NCBI GenBank assembly: GCA_963795735.1
Contig: CAWCIU010000002.1
Coordinates: 166,217-230,216 of the forward strand
DNA length: 64,000 bases
Direction of reading: 5' to 3'
Origin: an uncultured Acidobacteriota bacterium
GTDB taxonomy: Bacteria > Acidobacteriota > Thermoanaerobaculia > Multivoradales > UBA5704
Part shown: positions 11,083 to 23,793 of the stretch, in pieces
Layout: each line of letters begins with the position of its first letter
Numbering within the stretch: the first letter of the stretch is position 1
The notes under the pieces: model-generated
Databases searched by the model: none
What the model saw: the letters and a program-made list of their open reading frames with translations, nothing else
Told to the model about the DNA's origin: nothing
Position numbers and translations under genes: made by a program

Positions 11083-11516
11083 GCCTGCAGCTCCTCACAA
11101 CGACCGCCCGCGGCTTCGATCTTCTCGCGGGCCGACTTGCTGAACTTGTCGGCGACGACGCGCAGGGGCTTCCCGATCTCGCCGTCTCCGAGCACCTTGA
11201 CCTTGCGGCCGGAACGCACCAGCCCGAGCTCGCGCAGCACCTCCGGGGTCACGTCCCCTTCGATCTCGGCGAGCTGCGACAGGTTGACCACCGCGTACTC
11301 GCTGCGCCAGATGTTGGTGAACCCGCGCTTCGGCACCCGGCGGATGAGCGGCATCTGGCCGCCCTCGAAGCCGGGCCGGCTGCTGTAGCCGGTACGGGAC
11401 TTCTGTCCCTTCTCGCCGCGGCCGGCGGTTTTGCCGATTCCCGAGCCGGGGCCGCGCCCCACCCGCTTCTTCGAGTGCTTGCTCCCCTTCGCCGGGGACA
11501 GCTCATGCAGCTTCAT
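11079..11516 (-). CDS. rplO: 50S ribosomal protein L15
   Basis: [26 protein letters not shown]... Confidence 0.95.
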   Translation of the reverse strand: MKLHELSPAKGSKHSKKRVGRGPGSGIGKTAGRGEKGQKSRTGYSSRPGFEGGQMPLIRRVPKRGFTNIWRSEYAVVNLSQLAEIEGDVTPEVLRELGLVRSGRKVKVLGDGEIGKPLRVVADKFSKSAREKIEAAGGRCEELQA

Positions 11517-11716
11517 GATTCTTCAACCTCCAGCAGATACTGGATCTTCCGCACCATGCCCCGCACCGCCGGCGTGTCGGGTCGCTCGACCTCGTGGCGG
11601 ATCCGGCGCAGGCCGAGACTCCTGAGCACCTCGCGGTGCCCCTTCTTGGTGCCGATGCCGCTCTTCACCTGGCGGATCTTGATCGTCTTGACGCCTTCGT
11701 TGCCTTCGTTCGCCAT
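11513..11716 (-). CDS. rpmD: 50S ribosomal protein L30
   Basis: ...[27 protein letters not shown]... Confidence 0.9.
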   Translation of the reverse strand: MANEGNEGVKTIKIRQVKSGIGTKKGHREVLRSLGLRRIRHEVERPDTPAVRGMVRKIQYLLEVEES

Positions 11717-11739
11717 CTCGAATTACTCCCTTTGACTCT

Positions 11740-12354
11740 TCAGGCGCCGGTCTCGGCCGGCGTGGGTGCCGGCGCGGGCGTCGCAGCAACCGCAGGCGTT
11801 GCAGCAACCGCGGGCGCCGCGGTTGCCGGCTTCGCCGCTGGCGCCGGCGGCACGGGCGACTGGCGGAGCCGGTCGGAGAGACCCCGCATCGCCATCACGT
11901 CCGCCTCGGTGCGCAGCGAGAGCAGCGCCGCGAAGGTCGCCTTCACCACGTTGTGCGGGTTGGTCGAGCCCAGCGACTTGGTCAGGATGTCCTGGATGCC
12001 CGCCGTCTCCACCACCGCGCGGACCGGCCCGCCGGCGATCACCCCGGTGCCCTCGGAGGCCGGCTTCAACAGCACGCGGCCGGCGCCGAACTCGCCCAGC
12101 GTCTCGTGCGGGATCGTCGTCCCCTTGAGCGGCACCTGGACCATGTTCCGCTTGGCGATCTCGATCCCCTTGCGGATCGCCGTGGGGACCTCCTTCGCCT
12201 TGCCGGCGCCATAGCCCACGCGGCCGTTGCCGTCCCCGATCACCACCAGGGCGGAGAAGGAGAAGTTCTTGCCTCCCTTCACCACCTTGGTCACCCGGTT
12301 GATGTGGACGACCTGCTCGAAAAACTCGCTCTCGCGCTCGAAATCCCTGGCCAA
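11740..12354 (-). CDS. rpsE: 30S ribosomal protein S5 with an Ala/Pro/Thr-rich C-terminal extension
   Basis: ...[39 protein letters not shown]... The C-terminus contains the repeated [12 protein letters not shown]. Confidence 0.95.
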   Translation of the reverse strand: MARDFERESEFFEQVVHINRVTKVVKGGKNFSFSALVVIGDGNGRVGYGAGKAKEVPTAIRKGIEIAKRNMVQVPLKGTTIPHETLGEFGAGRVLLKPASEGTGVIAGGPVRAVVETAGIQDILTKSLGSTNPHNVVKATFAALLSLRTEADVMAMRGLSDRLRQSPVPPAPAAKPATAAPAVAATPAVAATPAPAPTPAETGA

Positions 12355-12373
12355 GCTCGTCTCCTTCTAAGAC

Positions 12374-12757
12374 TTAAAACTGCAAACCTTTTTCGCGGGC
12401 CGCCTCGGCCAGCGCCTGGACCCGGCCGTGGTAGATGTAGCCGCCGCGGTCGAAGACCACCTTGTCCACGCCCTTCTCCTTCGCCCGCTCGGCCACCAGC
12501 TCGCCGACCAGCTTCGCCGCCGCCTTGCTGGCGGTGGAGCCGCCGACCGCCTCGCGGACCGCCGCGTCCGAAGAGTTCGCCTGCGCCAGAGTGACGCCGC
12601 GCTCGTCGTCGATCACCTGCGCGTAGATGAACCGCAGGCTCTTGTAGACCGCCAGCCGCGGCCGCTCGGGGCTCCCCTGCACGCGTTTGCGCACCCGCAG
12701 GTGGGCCTTTTCGCGGCGCGCCCGCTTCGCCTTCATCCGCTTCGTGATATTGCTCAT
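12374..12757 (-). CDS. rplR: 50S ribosomal protein L18
   Basis: ...[20 protein letters not shown]... Confidence 0.95.
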   Translation of the reverse strand: MSNITKRMKAKRARREKAHLRVRKRVQGSPERPRLAVYKSLRFIYAQVIDDERGVTLAQANSSDAAVREAVGGSTASKAAAKLVGELVAERAKEKGVDKVVFDRGGYIYHGRVQALAEAAREKGLQF

Positions 12758-12776
12758 CTCGGGTCCCCTTTACCTG

Positions 12777-13319
12777 CTACTTGCCACCGGCCTTGCCAAC
12801 CTTGCGGCGCAGGACCTCTCCCGTGTACTTGATGCCCTTGCCCTTGTAGGGATCGGGCTTGCGCAGGCCGCGGATCTCGGCCGCCACCTGCCCCACCTTC
12901 TGCCGGTCGGCGCCGGTGACGGTCACCCGGTTGGCCTTGGTATCGATCTCGACCTTGATCCCCTCGGGGATGTCGTAGAGGACCGGGTGCGAATAGCCGA
13001 GCGCGAACTGCACCTGGGGGCCCTTCACCTCGGCGCGGTAGCCCACGCCGACGATGTCGAGCTGCTTGGTGAAGCCGGCCGACACCCCCTGCACCGCGTT
13101 GGCGAGCAGGGCGCGCAGCAGGCCGTGACGCGAGCGCTCGGTGCCGCCCTCGCCGGTCCGCTGGACCTCGACCACGCCGTCCTTCACCTCGACCGGATAG
13201 CCCTCGAAGAGGGTCTGCTCGACCCGCCCCTTCGGACCCTCGGCCACGAACAATCCGTCCCGGAGCTCCACTTTGGTCCCCTGGGGGACGGGAATCGGCA
13301 TTCTTCCTACTCGCGACAT
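12777..13319 (-). CDS. rplF: 50S ribosomal protein L6
   Basis: MSRVGRMPIPVPQGTKVEL... Confidence 0.95.
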   Translation of the reverse strand: MSRVGRMPIPVPQGTKVELRDGLFVAEGPKGRVEQTLFEGYPVEVKDGVVEVQRTGEGGTERSRHGLLRALLANAVQGVSAGFTKQLDIVGVGYRAEVKGPQVQFALGYSHPVLYDIPEGIKVEIDTKANRVTVTGADRQKVGQVAAEIRGLRKPDPYKGKGIKYTGEVLRRKVGKAGGK

Positions 13320-13329
13320 AGCGTCTCTC

Positions 13330-13728
13330 CTACCAGACCTGGCACAGCAGCTCGCCGCCGACCCGCCGCTCGCGGGCCTGGGCGTCGGTCAGCAGTCCCT
13401 GCGACGTCGAGACGATCCCGATGCCGAGGCCGTTGCGCACGGGCTGGATCTCTTCAGCCTTGCGGTAGACCCGGCGGCCCGGCTTGCTGATCCGCTCGAG
13501 ACTGGAGATGGCCGGGACGCCGTCCTGGGTGTAGCGCAGGAAAACGCGCAACGTACCCACCGGAACCCCTTCGATCTCCCGGAAATTCTTGATGAAGCCC
13601 TCCTCCTTGAGGAGCTTCACGACCTCCAGCTTCAGCTTGGAGGCCGGCACGTCCAGCCGGTCGTGCTTGGCGGTCTGCGCGTTGCGGATCCGGCTCAGCA
13701 GATCCGCGATCGGGTCAGTCATGCTCAT
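13330..13728 (-). CDS. rpsH: 30S ribosomal protein S8
   Basis: Start trimmed to MSMTDPIADLLSRIRNAQ (ATG 13726-13728). Confidence 0.95.
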   Translation of the reverse strand: MSMTDPIADLLSRIRNAQTAKHDRLDVPASKLKLEVVKLLKEEGFIKNFREIEGVPVGTLRVFLRYTQDGVPAISSLERISKPGRRVYRKAEEIQPVRNGLGIGIVSTSQGLLTDAQARERRVGGELLCQVW

Positions 13729-13741
13729 TTGCCCTGTCTCC

Positions 13742-13930
13742 TCACCAGCTCGCCTTGATGACGCCCGGCAGATATCCCTGCAGCGCCAGGTCCCGCAGAT
13801 GAATGCGGCAAAGCCCGAACTGACGGTAGTAGCCCCGCGGCCGTCCACAGATCCGGCAGCGGTTGCGGTGCCGCACCTCGAACTTCAGCTTCTTTCTCTC
13901 TTTTGCGATCTTCGCAGTGGTCGCCAACAC
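13742..13930 (-). CDS. rpsZ: 30S ribosomal protein S14, type Z (zinc-binding, 61 aa)
   Basis: ...[38 protein letters not shown]. Confidence 0.95.
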   Translation of the reverse strand: MLATTAKIAKERKKLKFEVRHRNRCRICGRPRGYYRQFGLCRIHLRDLALQGYLPGVIKASW

Positions 13931-13936
13931 AGCCTC

Positions 13937-14569
13937 CTAGCGCGTGAACGGCATGCCGAGCTCGCGCAGCATGTAGAGCGCGCGCTCGTCGTTGCCCGCC
14001 GTGGTCACGATCGTGATGTTCATCCCCTTCGGGCGGTCGACCCGGTTGTAGTCCACCTCGGGGAAGATCAGATGGTCCCGGATGCCCAGCGTGTAGTTGC
14101 CGCGGCCGTCGAAGCTCTTGGTCGGCACGCCGCGGAAGTCCCGCACGCGCGGCAGCGCGATCGAGAGCAGCCGGTCGAGAAACTCCCACATCCGGTTGCC
14201 GCGCAGGGTCACCCGGGCGCCGATCGGCATCCCCTCGCGCAGCTTGAAGGCCGCGATCGACTTCTGGGCCCGGGTGACCGTCGGGCGCTGGCCGGCCAGC
14301 GCCGTCAGCTCCTCGACCGCGTCGTCCAGGATCTTGATGTTCGAGATCGCCTCGCCCATGCCCATGTTGATCGAGATGCGCTCGATCCGGGGCACCGCCA
14401 TGACGTTCTCGATGCCGAACTCCTTCTTCAGCTTCGGCACGATCTCCTCGGCATACCGGGTCTTCAGCCGCGGCACGTAACCCTCGGGGGTCTCGCGCAC
14501 CGACCCGGACGGCGCCGGCTTCGACGCCTTGGCGCCACCCTTGTCCTTCTTCTTCGCTTCTTTCGCCAT
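13937..14569 (-). CDS. rplE: 50S ribosomal protein L5 with a Lys-rich N-terminal extension
   Basis: ...[41 protein letters not shown]... Confidence 0.95.
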   Translation of the reverse strand: MAKEAKKKDKGGAKASKPAPSGSVRETPEGYVPRLKTRYAEEIVPKLKKEFGIENVMAVPRIERISINMGMGEAISNIKILDDAVEELTALAGQRPTVTRAQKSIAAFKLREGMPIGARVTLRGNRMWEFLDRLLSIALPRVRDFRGVPTKSFDGRGNYTLGIRDHLIFPEVDYNRVDRPKGMNITIVTTAGNDERALYMLRELGMPFTR

Positions 14570-14585
14570 AAATCAGACTCCGCCT

Positions 14586-14906
14586 CTAGCTAAAGGTGGC
14601 GTTGCAGTTCTTGCAGACCCGCACACCGCGGCCGTCTTCCAGCCGCTGGCGGCCGAGCCGCGACGGCTTGCCGCACTCCGGGCAGACCACCTTGAGATTG
14701 GAGATCTGGATCGGCGCCTCACGCTCGAGGATGCCGCCCTGGATGCCCTTGTTCGGGTTCGGCTTGGTGTGCCGCTTGATCATGTTCACGCGCTCGACGA
14801 TCGCCTTGCCCTTGCCGGCGAGGACGCGCAGGACCCGGCCGCGGGCGCCCCGGTCCTTGCCCGTCGTGACGAGCACCTGGTCGTTCTTCTTGACGTTCGA
14901 CTTCAT
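14586..14906 (-). CDS. rplX: 50S ribosomal protein L24 with a C-terminal Cys4 zinc ribbon
   Basis: KOW motif VLVTTGKDRGARGRV, plus ...CPECGKPSRL...CKNC. Confidence 0.95.
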   Translation of the reverse strand: MKSNVKKNDQVLVTTGKDRGARGRVLRVLAGKGKAIVERVNMIKRHTKPNPNKGIQGGILEREAPIQISNLKVVCPECGKPSRLGRQRLEDGRGVRVCKNCNATFS

Positions 14907-14908
14907 TT

Positions 14909-15277
14909 CTAGATCACCTCCGGCGCCAGCGAGACGATCTTCATGAACCGCCGCTCGCGCAGCTCCCGAGCCACCGGACCGAACACGCGCGTGCCGATCG
15001 GCTCGTTGGCGTCGTTGACCAGGACGGCCGAATTCTGGTCGAACCGGATGTAGCTGCCGTCCTTGCGCCGCTGCTCCTTGGCGGTGCGCACGATCACCGC
15101 CTTGACCACCTGCCCCTTCTTCACCGTGCCGTCGGGCGCCGCCTCCTTGACCGAGGCGGTGATGACGTCGCCCAGCCGGCCGTACTGGCCCGCCGAGCCG
15201 CCCCGCAGGTGGATGCAGGAGATCTTCTTGGCTCCCGAATTGTCCGCCACGTCGAGAATCGTTCCCATCTGGATCAT
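14909..15277 (-). CDS. rplN: 50S ribosomal protein L14
   Basis: [24 protein letters not shown]... Confidence 0.95.
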   Translation of the reverse strand: MIQMGTILDVADNSGAKKISCIHLRGGSAGQYGRLGDVITASVKEAAPDGTVKKGQVVKAVIVRTAKEQRRKDGSYIRFDQNSAVLVNDANEPIGTRVFGPVARELRERRFMKIVSLAPEVI

Positions 15278-15289
15278 GATCTCAACCCC

Positions 15290-15613
15290 TTACTCGGCCC
15301 GCTTGACGATCTCGCGGACCCGCCAGCGCTTCGTCTTCGACAACGGACGGCTGGAGACGATCTCCACCACGTCGCCGACTTTGCACTGGTTCTCCTCGTC
15401 GTGGGCATGGAACTTCTTCGTCTTCTTCATCGTCCGGTGGTAGAGCCGGTGGGTGGCCGTGGTCGCCACCGTGACGACCACCGTCTTGTCCATCTTGTTG
15501 CTCACCACCCGCCCGATCTTCACCTGCCGCCGTCCCCGCTCGGAGGTCGCGGCAGAATCCTGCGCGGTCTGCGCGGTCTGTGCCGTGGTCGTATCCGCCA
15601 TCGTGTCCGCCAT
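15290..15613 (-). CDS. rpsQ: 30S ribosomal protein S17 with an N-terminal extension
   Basis: ...[21 protein letters not shown]... The N-terminus carries a TAQTAQTAQ repeat. Confidence 0.9.
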   Translation of the reverse strand: MADTMADTTTAQTAQTAQDSAATSERGRRQVKIGRVVSNKMDKTVVVTVATTATHRLYHRTMKKTKKFHAHDEENQCKVGDVVEIVSSRPLSKTKRWRVREIVKRAE

Positions 15614-15626
15614 GTCGTCTCGCTCC

Positions 15627-15824
15627 CTACTTTCCCTGCCGCTCGTGCAGGATGGTCAACACGCGGGCCAGGTCCTTGCGCACCTGCCGCACGCGGGCCG
15701 GCTTCTCGAGCTGGCCGGTGACTTTCTGCAGGCGCAGGGCGAACAGCTGCTCCGAGAGATCGCGCTCCCGGTCGTTCAGCTCCTCGATCGTCTGATCACG
15801 CAATTGCGAAGCCTTCATCGTCAT
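15627..15824 (-). CDS. rpmC: 50S ribosomal protein L29
   Basis: ...[31 protein letters not shown]... Confidence 0.9.
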   Translation of the reverse strand: MTMKASQLRDQTIEELNDRERDLSEQLFALRLQKVTGQLEKPARVRQVRKDLARVLTILHERQGK

Positions 15825-15833
15825 TTCCCTCGG

Positions 15834-16253
15834 TTATCTCAGCTCGTCGTGGCGCGTGATGAACCGGGTCTTGATCCCGAACTTGGCGGAGGCCAGTCGC
15901 ATCGCTTCCGCCGCCACGTCTTTCGACACGCCTTCCAGCTCGAAGAGGATGCGCGCCGGTTTCACCACGGCGACCCACTGCTCCGGGGGACCCTTGCCCT
16001 TGCCCATGCGGGTCTCGAGCGGCTTCTTGGTGATCGGCTTGTCCGGGAAGATCCGGATCCACACCTTGCCGCCGCGCTTGACGTGACGCGTGATGGCGAT
16101 ACGGCCCGCCTCGATCTGCCGCGCCGTGACCCAGCCGGTCTCCAGCGCCTGGAGGGCGAAATCGCCGAAGGCGATGTAGTCGCCCCCCTTCGCCATCCCC
16201 TTGCGCCGGCCGCGCTGCTGCTTTCTGTACTTGACCTTCTTCGGCATCAACAT
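15834..16253 (-). CDS. rplP: 50S ribosomal protein L16
   Basis: [24 protein letters not shown]... Confidence 0.95.
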   Translation of the reverse strand: MLMPKKVKYRKQQRGRRKGMAKGGDYIAFGDFALQALETGWVTARQIEAGRIAITRHVKRGGKVWIRIFPDKPITKKPLETRMGKGKGPPEQWVAVVKPARILFELEGVSKDVAAEAMRLASAKFGIKTRFITRHDELR

Positions 16254-16288
16254 GATTTCACGTTCTCCCGCTTACGATCGCCCGGGTG

Positions 16289-16939
16289 CTACGCCGTAGC
16301 GCGGCGGCCCTTCTCCTTCAGGAGGTCTCCCTTGTAGACCCACACCTTGACGCCGATCACCCCGTAGGTCGTCCGCGCCTCGCCGAAGCCGTAGTCGATG
16401 TCGGCCTTCAGGGTGTGGAGCGGCAGCCGCCCCTCCTGGTACCACTCGCGGCGCGCGATCTCGGCGCCGCCCAGGCGGCCGGAGACCATGATCTTCACCC
16501 CCTTGGCGCCGAAGCGGAAGGCCGATTCCATCGCCTTCTTCATCGCCCGCCGGAAGGAGACGCGCCGCTCGAGCTGGCCGGCGATCGACTCGGAGACGAG
16601 CTGCGCGTCGAGCTCCGGCCGCTGGATCTCCTGGATGTTGATGTGGACCTCGCGGCCCATCTCCTTCTGCAGGTCGTCCCGCAGCTTGTCCACCTCCGCC
16701 CCGCGGCGGCCGATGATGATCCCCGGCCGCGAGGTGTAGATGGTGACCCGCAGCTTGTCCGCGGCGCGCTCGATGTCGATCTCCGACACCCCGGCGTGGC
16801 CGAGGCGGTTCTTCAACCGCCGGCGCAGCCTGAGATCCTCGTGCAGGGTATTGGCGTAGTTCGCGTCGCCATACCACCGCGAGTGCCAGGTCTTGTTGTA
16901 GACGAGCCGAAACCCGTACGGGTGCGTTTTCTGACCCAC
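16289..16939 (-). CDS. rpsC: 30S ribosomal protein S3
   Basis: [23 protein letters not shown]... Confidence 0.95.
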   Translation of the reverse strand: MGQKTHPYGFRLVYNKTWHSRWYGDANYANTLHEDLRLRRRLKNRLGHAGVSEIDIERAADKLRVTIYTSRPGIIIGRRGAEVDKLRDDLQKEMGREVHINIQEIQRPELDAQLVSESIAGQLERRVSFRRAMKKAMESAFRFGAKGVKIMVSGRLGGAEIARREWYQEGRLPLHTLKADIDYGFGEARTTYGVIGVKVWVYKGDLLKEKGRRATA

Positions 16940-16948
16940 GTTCGTCTC

Positions 16949-17308
16949 CTACTTCCGCTTTTTGCCGTCACCCTTGCGGGTGTCGAGCTTGATCGTGATG
17001 TGGCTGAAGCGCTTCAGGACCCGGAACGCCCGGCCCATCGGCGCGGGACGCACCCGCTTCATCATCGGACCGCCGTCGACGAAGACCTCCTTGACGAACA
17101 GGCGGTCGACATCCACGTGGTCCTCCCGGTTCTCGGCGTTGGCGATGGCCGACTTCAGGCACTTCTGCACGTGCCGGGCCGCCACCTTGTTGGTCACCGT
17201 GAGGAGGTTGACCGCCTCCTGCACGCCCTTGCCCCGGATCAGGTCGGCCACCAGCCGCATCTTCTGCGCCGAGCCGGGGGCGTAGCGAAGCCGCGCTCTC
17301 ACTTCCAT
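16949..17308 (-). CDS. rplV: 50S ribosomal protein L22
   Basis: [27 protein letters not shown]... Confidence 0.95.
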   Translation of the reverse strand: MEVRARLRYAPGSAQKMRLVADLIRGKGVQEAVNLLTVTNKVAARHVQKCLKSAIANAENREDHVDVDRLFVKEVFVDGGPMMKRVRPAPMGRAFRVLKRFSHITIKLDTRKGDGKKRK

Positions 17309-17336
17309 CTTGGACTCTCCTCCTGGTCCCGACCCC

Positions 17337-17624
17337 TCACCGGGGACGGGCCCCCTTCTCGGCCTTCTTGCCGCTGTGTCCGCGGAAGGTGCGGGTCATG
17401 GCGAACTCGCCCAGCTTGTGGCCCACCATGTTTTCGCTTACGTACACCGGGATGAACTTCGCCCCGTTGTGCACCGCGATGGTGTGGCCGACCATCTCCG
17501 GCGTGACGGTGGAGCGGCGCGACCAGGTCTTGATCACCCGCCGCTCGCCCCGGTCGTTCATCGCCGCCACCTTGTCGGCGAGGTGATCGTCGATGAAGTA
17601 GCCCTTCTTGAGTGAACGCGACAT
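17337..17624 (-). CDS. rpsS: 30S ribosomal protein S19
   Basis: [15 protein letters not shown]... Confidence 0.95.
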   Translation of the reverse strand: MSRSLKKGYFIDDHLADKVAAMNDRGERRVIKTWSRRSTVTPEMVGHTIAVHNGAKFIPVYVSENMVGHKLGEFAMTRTFRGHSGKKAEKGARPR

Positions 17625-17637
17625 GGTCCGTGGCTCC

Positions 17638-18465
17638 TTACTTCTTGTTCCGGCGGCGGACGATCATCCCATCCGTACGCTTGTTATTGCGGGTCTTGTA
17701 CCCCTTGGTCGGCAGGCCCCAGGGGGTGGTGGGATGGCGGCCGCCGGAGGTCCGGCCCTCGCCGCCGCCCATCGGATGGTCGACCGGGTTCATCGTCACG
17801 CCGCGATTGTGCGGCTTCCAGCCCAGCCAGCGATTGCGACCGGCCTTGCCGATCGACACGTTCTCGTGATCGAGGTTGCCCACCTGGCCGACGGTCGCGT
17901 AGCACTGGACGTGCACCCGCCGCACCTCGCCCGAGGGGAGCTTGACCTGCGCCCAGTCGTCGTCGCGCGCCATCAGCTGCGCGCCGCCGCCGGCGCTCCT
18001 CACCATCTGGCCGCCCTTGCCGATCTTGAGCTCGATGTTGTGGATCACCGTGCCCAGCGGGATCTTGCGCAGCGGCAGCGCGTTGCCGAGGTTGACCTCG
18101 ACGTTCTCGCCCGCCACCACCGAGGCGCCCACCTTCAGGCCGTCCGGCCAGAGGATGTAGCGCTTCTCGCCGTCCGCGTAGTGCAGCAGCGCGATGCGGG
18201 CCGAGCGGTTCGGGTCGTATTCGATGGTCGCGACCTTCGCCGGCACGCCGTGCTTGTCGCGCTTGAAGTCGATGATCCGGTAGCTCTGCTTGTGGCCGCC
18301 GCCGCGCCACCAGGAGGTGAGCTGGCCGCGGTTGTTGCGCCCGCCGCTCTTCGTCTTGCCGACGGTGAGCGACTTCTCCGGCTTGTCCCGGGTAATCTCG
18401 TCGAACGTCAGGTGCGTCTGGAACCGGCTCGACGAGTTGATCGGTTTTCTCTGCTTGATCGCCAT
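17638..18465 (-). CDS. rplB: 50S ribosomal protein L2
   Basis: [16 protein letters not shown]...[19 protein letters not shown]... Confidence 0.95.
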   Translation of the reverse strand: MAIKQRKPINSSSRFQTHLTFDEITRDKPEKSLTVGKTKSGGRNNRGQLTSWWRGGGHKQSYRIIDFKRDKHGVPAKVATIEYDPNRSARIALLHYADGEKRYILWPDGLKVGASVVAGENVEVNLGNALPLRKIPLGTVIHNIELKIGKGGQMVRSAGGGAQLMARDDDWAQVKLPSGEVRRVHVQCYATVGQVGNLDHENVSIGKAGRNRWLGWKPHNRGVTMNPVDHPMGGGEGRTSGGRHPTTPWGLPTKGYKTRNNKRTDGMIVRRRNKK

Positions 18466-18468
18466 GGC

Positions 18469-18759
18469 TTACATTCCCTCGAAGAACTCGATCGGCTTCT
18501 CACCCTCGGCGAGCCGCACGTAGGCCTTCTTCCAGTCCGGCCGGCGGCCGACGAACCGCCCCTGCCGGCGCACCTTGCCGTGACAGTTGGCGATCCGGAC
18601 CTCGGCGACCCGGACCTTGAACTGCGCCTCGACGGCGCGCTTGACCTGGATCTTGTTGGCGTCGCGGGCCACCTCGAACGCCACGACGTTGCCCACTTCC
18701 CGCTGCTCCGTCGACTTCTCGGTGATCAGCGGACGGCGGATGATCTCCTGGATCTTCAT
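18469..18759 (-). CDS. rplW: 50S ribosomal protein L23
   Basis: Start trimmed to MKIQEIIRRPLITEKST (ATG 18757-18759). The upstream in-frame stretch overlaps rplD and is not L23-like. Confidence 0.9.
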   Translation of the reverse strand: MKIQEIIRRPLITEKSTEQREVGNVVAFEVARDANKIQVKRAVEAQFKVRVAEVRIANCHGKVRRQGRFVGRRPDWKKAYVRLAEGEKPIEFFEGM

Positions 18760-19382
18760 TTCGCCAGCACCTCCACCAGGCGGTGCAGCGCGTCCTCGCT
18801 GACCACCAGGAACGACCGGTCGACCACGTCGTAGACGTTGACCGCCAGCGCGTCGACCGCCTTGAGCGCCCGCACGTTGCGCGAAGCGAAGGCCAGCGAC
18901 TGGTTGTCGCGGCTGTCGATCAGCAGCGCCTTCTTCCCCTGCACGCCGAGCTTGCCGAGACGCTGCAGCAGCTCCTGCGTCTTCGGGCTGCCGACCTCCA
19001 GGCTCTCGACGACGACGATCTCCTGGTCGGCCAGCTTGCGCGACAGCGCCGACTTGAGCGCGTTCTTCTTCTCCCGCCGCGACAGGTCCTTGGCATGGCT
19101 GTGCGGCACCGGGCCGTGCACCGTGCCGCCGCCGCGCCACTTGGGGTTGCGCAGGTCCTTGACGCGGGCGCGGCCGGTCCCCTTCTGGCGCCACAGCTTG
19201 CGGCCCGAGCCGGAGACCTCCGAGCGGGTCTTCACCTTGTGGGTGCCCGAGCGCAAACCGGCGAGATAGGCCTGCACCGCCTCATGGATCAGGTGCGACT
19301 TGTACGGGTAGCCGAAGATCTCCTCCGGGAGGTCGATCTCGCGCACCTGCTGGTTATCGAAATTCTTCACTGCGATCTTCAT
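18756..19382 (-). CDS. rplD: 50S ribosomal protein L4
   Basis: MKIAVKNFDNQQVREIDLP... Confidence 0.95.
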   Translation of the reverse strand: MKIAVKNFDNQQVREIDLPEEIFGYPYKSHLIHEAVQAYLAGLRSGTHKVKTRSEVSGSGRKLWRQKGTGRARVKDLRNPKWRGGGTVHGPVPHSHAKDLSRREKKNALKSALSRKLADQEIVVVESLEVGSPKTQELLQRLGKLGVQGKKALLIDSRDNQSLAFASRNVRALKAVDALAVNVYDVVDRSFLVVSEDALHRLVEVLAK

Positions 19383-19409
19383 CGATTGATCCTCAAAGCG
19401 CGTTTACGC

Positions 19410-20036
19410 TCAGCTCCGCTTCGCCCGCCGGATCGCCACGTAGCCCGACATCGGACCGGGCACGGCGCCGCGCACGTAGATCAGGTTCTGCTCGGCGTCG
19501 ATCTTGACGATCTGCAGGTTCTTCGTCGTCACCCGCTCGCCGCCCATCCGGCCGGCCATCCGCATGCCCTTGAACACGCGCGAGGGGTAGGCGGACGAGC
19601 CGATCGAACCCGGCGCGCGGTGGAACATCGAGCCGTGCGAGCCGCGGCCGCCGCGGAAGCCGTGACGCTTCATCACGCCCTGGAAGCCCTTGCCCTTGCT
19701 CGTGCCGACCACGTCCACGTAATCCTTCTCGGCGAACATCGAGGCCTTGATCTCGTCGCCCGCCTTGAGCTCCTCGCCGGAGTCGAGACGGAACTCCTCG
19801 ACCTTCCTCACCGGCGCGATCCCGGCCTTGGCGAAGTGGCCGGCCTGCGGCTTATTGGGCTTCGCCGGCTTCCCCTCCACCAGGCCGATCTGCACCGCCT
19901 CGTAGCCGTCGGTGTCCATCGTCTTGCGCTGCACCACCAGACAGGGACCCGCCTGGATCACCGTCACCGGGATCACCGTCCCGTCGGCGACGAAGATCTG
20001 CGTCATTCCCATCTTGCGTCCCAGGATTCCGTCCAT
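19410..20036 (-). CDS. rplC: 50S ribosomal protein L3
   Basis: ...[11 protein letters not shown]... Confidence 0.95.
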   Translation of the reverse strand: MDGILGRKMGMTQIFVADGTVIPVTVIQAGPCLVVQRKTMDTDGYEAVQIGLVEGKPAKPNKPQAGHFAKAGIAPVRKVEEFRLDSGEELKAGDEIKASMFAEKDYVDVVGTSKGKGFQGVMKRHGFRGGRGSHGSMFHRAPGSIGSSAYPSRVFKGMRMAGRMGGERVTTKNLQIVKIDAEQNLIYVRGAVPGPMSGYVAIRRAKRS

Positions 20037-20066
20037 CGCTTGGCTTCTCCTTACCGTCCCAGGCCG

Positions 20067-20384
20067 TTACTTGCCGAAGGCCTTGATCTCGACGTCGACG
20101 CCGGCCGGCAGCTCCAGCTTCATCAGGGCGTCGACCGTCTGGCTGGTGGGCTCGAAGATGTCGAGCAGGCGCTTGTGCGTACGGATCTCGAACTGCTCCC
20201 GCGACTTCTTGTCGACGTGCGGCGAGCGGTTCACCGTATACCGCGAGATGTGGGTGGGCAGAGGGATCGGCCCCACCACCCGGGCGCCGGTGCGCCGCGC
20301 GGTGTCGACGATCTCGTGCGTCGACGTGTCCAGGATACGGTAGTCGAACGCTTTCAGACGGATGCGGATTTTCTCGTTGACCAT
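20067..20384 (-). CDS. rpsJ: 30S ribosomal protein S10
   Basis: Start trimmed to [19 protein letters not shown] (ATG 20382-20384), giving 105 aa. Confidence 0.95.
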   Translation of the reverse strand: MVNEKIRIRLKAFDYRILDTSTHEIVDTARRTGARVVGPIPLPTHISRYTVNRSPHVDKKSREQFEIRTHKRLLDIFEPTSQTVDALMKLELPAGVDVEIKAFGK

Positions 20385-20419
20385 GACCTCTGCCCTTGTC
20401 TCCGAAGCAAAAAAACAGA

Positions 20420-21613
<1,194 letters not shown>

Positions 21614-21646
21614 GGTCTCTCCTCGAATTCCTGTCGCGCCCGCGGC

Positions 21647-23722
21647 TTACCCAGCCGCCTTGGCCACGATCTCTTCACTGACGTTCTTCGGGGCCTGCTC
21701 GTAGGCGGCGAACTGCATCGAATAGCTGGCGCGTCCCTGCGACAGCGACCGCAGGTCGGTCGCATAGCCGAACATCTCGGACAGCGGCACCCGGCAGGCG
21801 ATCACCTGGGAGTTGCCGCGCCCCTCCATGCTCTGGATCCGGCCGCGCCGCGAGGTGATGTCGCCGATGACCTCGCCCATGTAGTCCTCGGGGGTGGTCA
21901 CCTCGACCGCCATCACCGGCTCCATGAGGACCGGCCGCGCCCGCTTGCAGGCGTCCTGGAAGGCCATCGAGCCGGCGATCTTGAACGCGATCTCGGAGGA
22001 GTCCACGTCGTGGTAGCTGCCCTCGTAGAGGTCGACCTCGACGCCGGTGCACGGGAAGCCGGCGAGCGGCCCGGTCTCCAGCGCCTCCTTGATCCCCTGC
22101 TCGATCGGCTTGATGAACTCCTTGGGGATGGTGCCGCCGACCACCTTGTTGTTGAACACGAAGTCCCCCTCGGTCGTCGGGCGCATGTGGATCTTGGCGT
22201 GCCCGTACTGGCCGCGGCCGCCGGTCTGGCGGATGTACCGCCCCTCGCCGGAAGCCTCCTGGGTGATCGTCTCCTTGTAGGCGACCTGCGGCTTGCCGAC
22301 GTTGGCGCCGACGTTGAACTCGCGCACCAGGCGGTCGACGATGATCTCGAGGTGCAGCTCGCCCATGCCGGCGATGATGGTCTGGCCCGTGTCGCGGTCC
22401 GTATGGACGCGGAAGGTCGGGTCCTCCTGCATCAGCTTGGCGAGCGCGGTGCCCAGCTTCTCCTGGTCGGACTTGGTCTTCGGCTCGATCGATACCGCGA
22501 TCACCGGCTCCGGGAAGTTCATCGACTCGAGCACCACCGGGTGCTTGGGATCGCAGATCGTGTCGCCCGTGGTGACGTTCTTCAGCCCCACGGCCGCCGC
22601 GATGTCCCCCGCCCAGACCTCGCTGATCTCCTCACGCTTGTTGGCGTGCATCTTCAGCAGGCGGCCGATGCGCTCGTTGCTGTTGCGCTTCGAGCCGAGC
22701 ACCGAAGAGCCCGAGTCGACGTGGCCGGAGTAGACCCGGAAGAAGACGAGCTGGCCGACGAAGGGGTCGGTCATGATCTTGAACACCAGCCCGGAGAACG
22801 GCTCGCTGTCGTCCGAGTGGCGGATCACCGGCAGGCCGCTGTCCGGGTCGACACCCTCGATCGGCGGGATGTCGAGCGGCGAGGGAAGGTAGTCGACCAC
22901 CGCGTCGAGCAGCGGCTGGACCCCCTTGTTCTTGAAGGCGCTGCCGCAGATCACGGGCTGGACCTGGTTGCTGATCGTCGCCCGGCGCAGCGCGGCCTTG
23001 AGCTCGTCGTTGGTGACCTCCTCGCCCGAGAGGTACTTCTCGAGGAGCTGGTCGTCCGTCTCCGAGATCGCCTCGACCATCGCCTCGCGCATCTTGTGGG
23101 CCTGGTCGGCGAACTCCTCGGGGATATCGACCAACTCGTAGTCGGCGCCCATGGTCTCGTCGCGGTACAGGATCCCCTTCATGCGCAGGAGGTCGATGAC
23201 CCCCTTGTGCTGGTCCTCGCGCCCCCAGGGGAGCTGGATGACCACGGGATTGGCGGCCAGACGGGTGCGCATCATCGAGACCGTGCGCTCGAAGTCGGCG
23301 CCGATGCGGTCCATCTTGTTGACGAACGCGATGCGGGGCACGCGGTAGCGGTCAGCCTGGCGCCAGACCGTCTCCGACTGCGGCTCGACGCCGGCCACCG
23401 CGTCGAACACCGCGACGGCGCCGTCGAGCACGCGCAGCGAGCGCTCCACCTCGGCCGTGAAGTCCACGTGGCCGGGCGTGTCGATGATGTTGATGCGGTG
23501 CTTGGCCCAGAAGCAGGTGGTGGCGGCGGAGGTGATGGTGATGCCGCGCTCCTGCTCCTGCACCATCCAGTCCATGGTGGCGGTCCCTTCGTGGACTTCA
23601 CCGATCTTGTAGTTCACCCCGGTGTAGAACAGGATGCGCTCGGTGGTCGTGGTCTTGCCGGCATCGATGTGGGCCATGATGCCGATATTGCGCGTGTCTT
23701 TGAGTGGTGATTGCCGTGCCAT
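21647..23722 (-). CDS. fusA: Elongation factor G
   Basis: ...[25 protein letters not shown]... Confidence 0.97.
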   Translation of the reverse strand: MARQSPLKDTRNIGIMAHIDAGKTTTTERILFYTGVNYKIGEVHEGTATMDWMVQEQERGITITSAATTCFWAKHRINIIDTPGHVDFTAEVERSLRVLDGAVAVFDAVAGVEPQSETVWRQADRYRVPRIAFVNKMDRIGADFERTVSMMRTRLAANPVVIQLPWGREDQHKGVIDLLRMKGILYRDETMGADYELVDIPEEFADQAHKMREAMVEAISETDDQLLEKYLSGEEVTNDELKAALRRATISNQVQPVICGSAFKNKGVQPLLDAVVDYLPSPLDIPPIEGVDPDSGLPVIRHSDDSEPFSGLVFKIMTDPFVGQLVFFRVYSGHVDSGSSVLGSKRNSNERIGRLLKMHANKREEISEVWAGDIAAAVGLKNVTTGDTICDPKHPVVLESMNFPEPVIAVSIEPKTKSDQEKLGTALAKLMQEDPTFRVHTDRDTGQTIIAGMGELHLEIIVDRLVREFNVGANVGKPQVAYKETITQEASGEGRYIRQTGGRGQYGHAKIHMRPTTEGDFVFNNKVVGGTIPKEFIKPIEQGIKEALETGPLAGFPCTGVEVDLYEGSYHDVDSSEIAFKIAGSMAFQDACKRARPVLMEPVMAVEVTTPEDYMGEVIGDITSRRGRIQSMEGRGNSQVIACRVPLSEMFGYATDLRSLSQGRASYSMQFAAYEQAPKNVSEEIVAKAAG

Positions 23723-23793
23723 GGTCTGACTTCTTTCCGCTCTGCTCGTCTACTTAGTCGCTGAACCAGCCGATATTTACCAGCGCGCTTTAT

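Noticed and set aside
14586-14906. Cys4 zinc ribbon in L24 as a novel feature
   Set aside because: CxxC...CxxC C-termini of bacterial uL24 are known in some lineages, for example Thermus-type L24. This is a lineage marker rather than a novelty.
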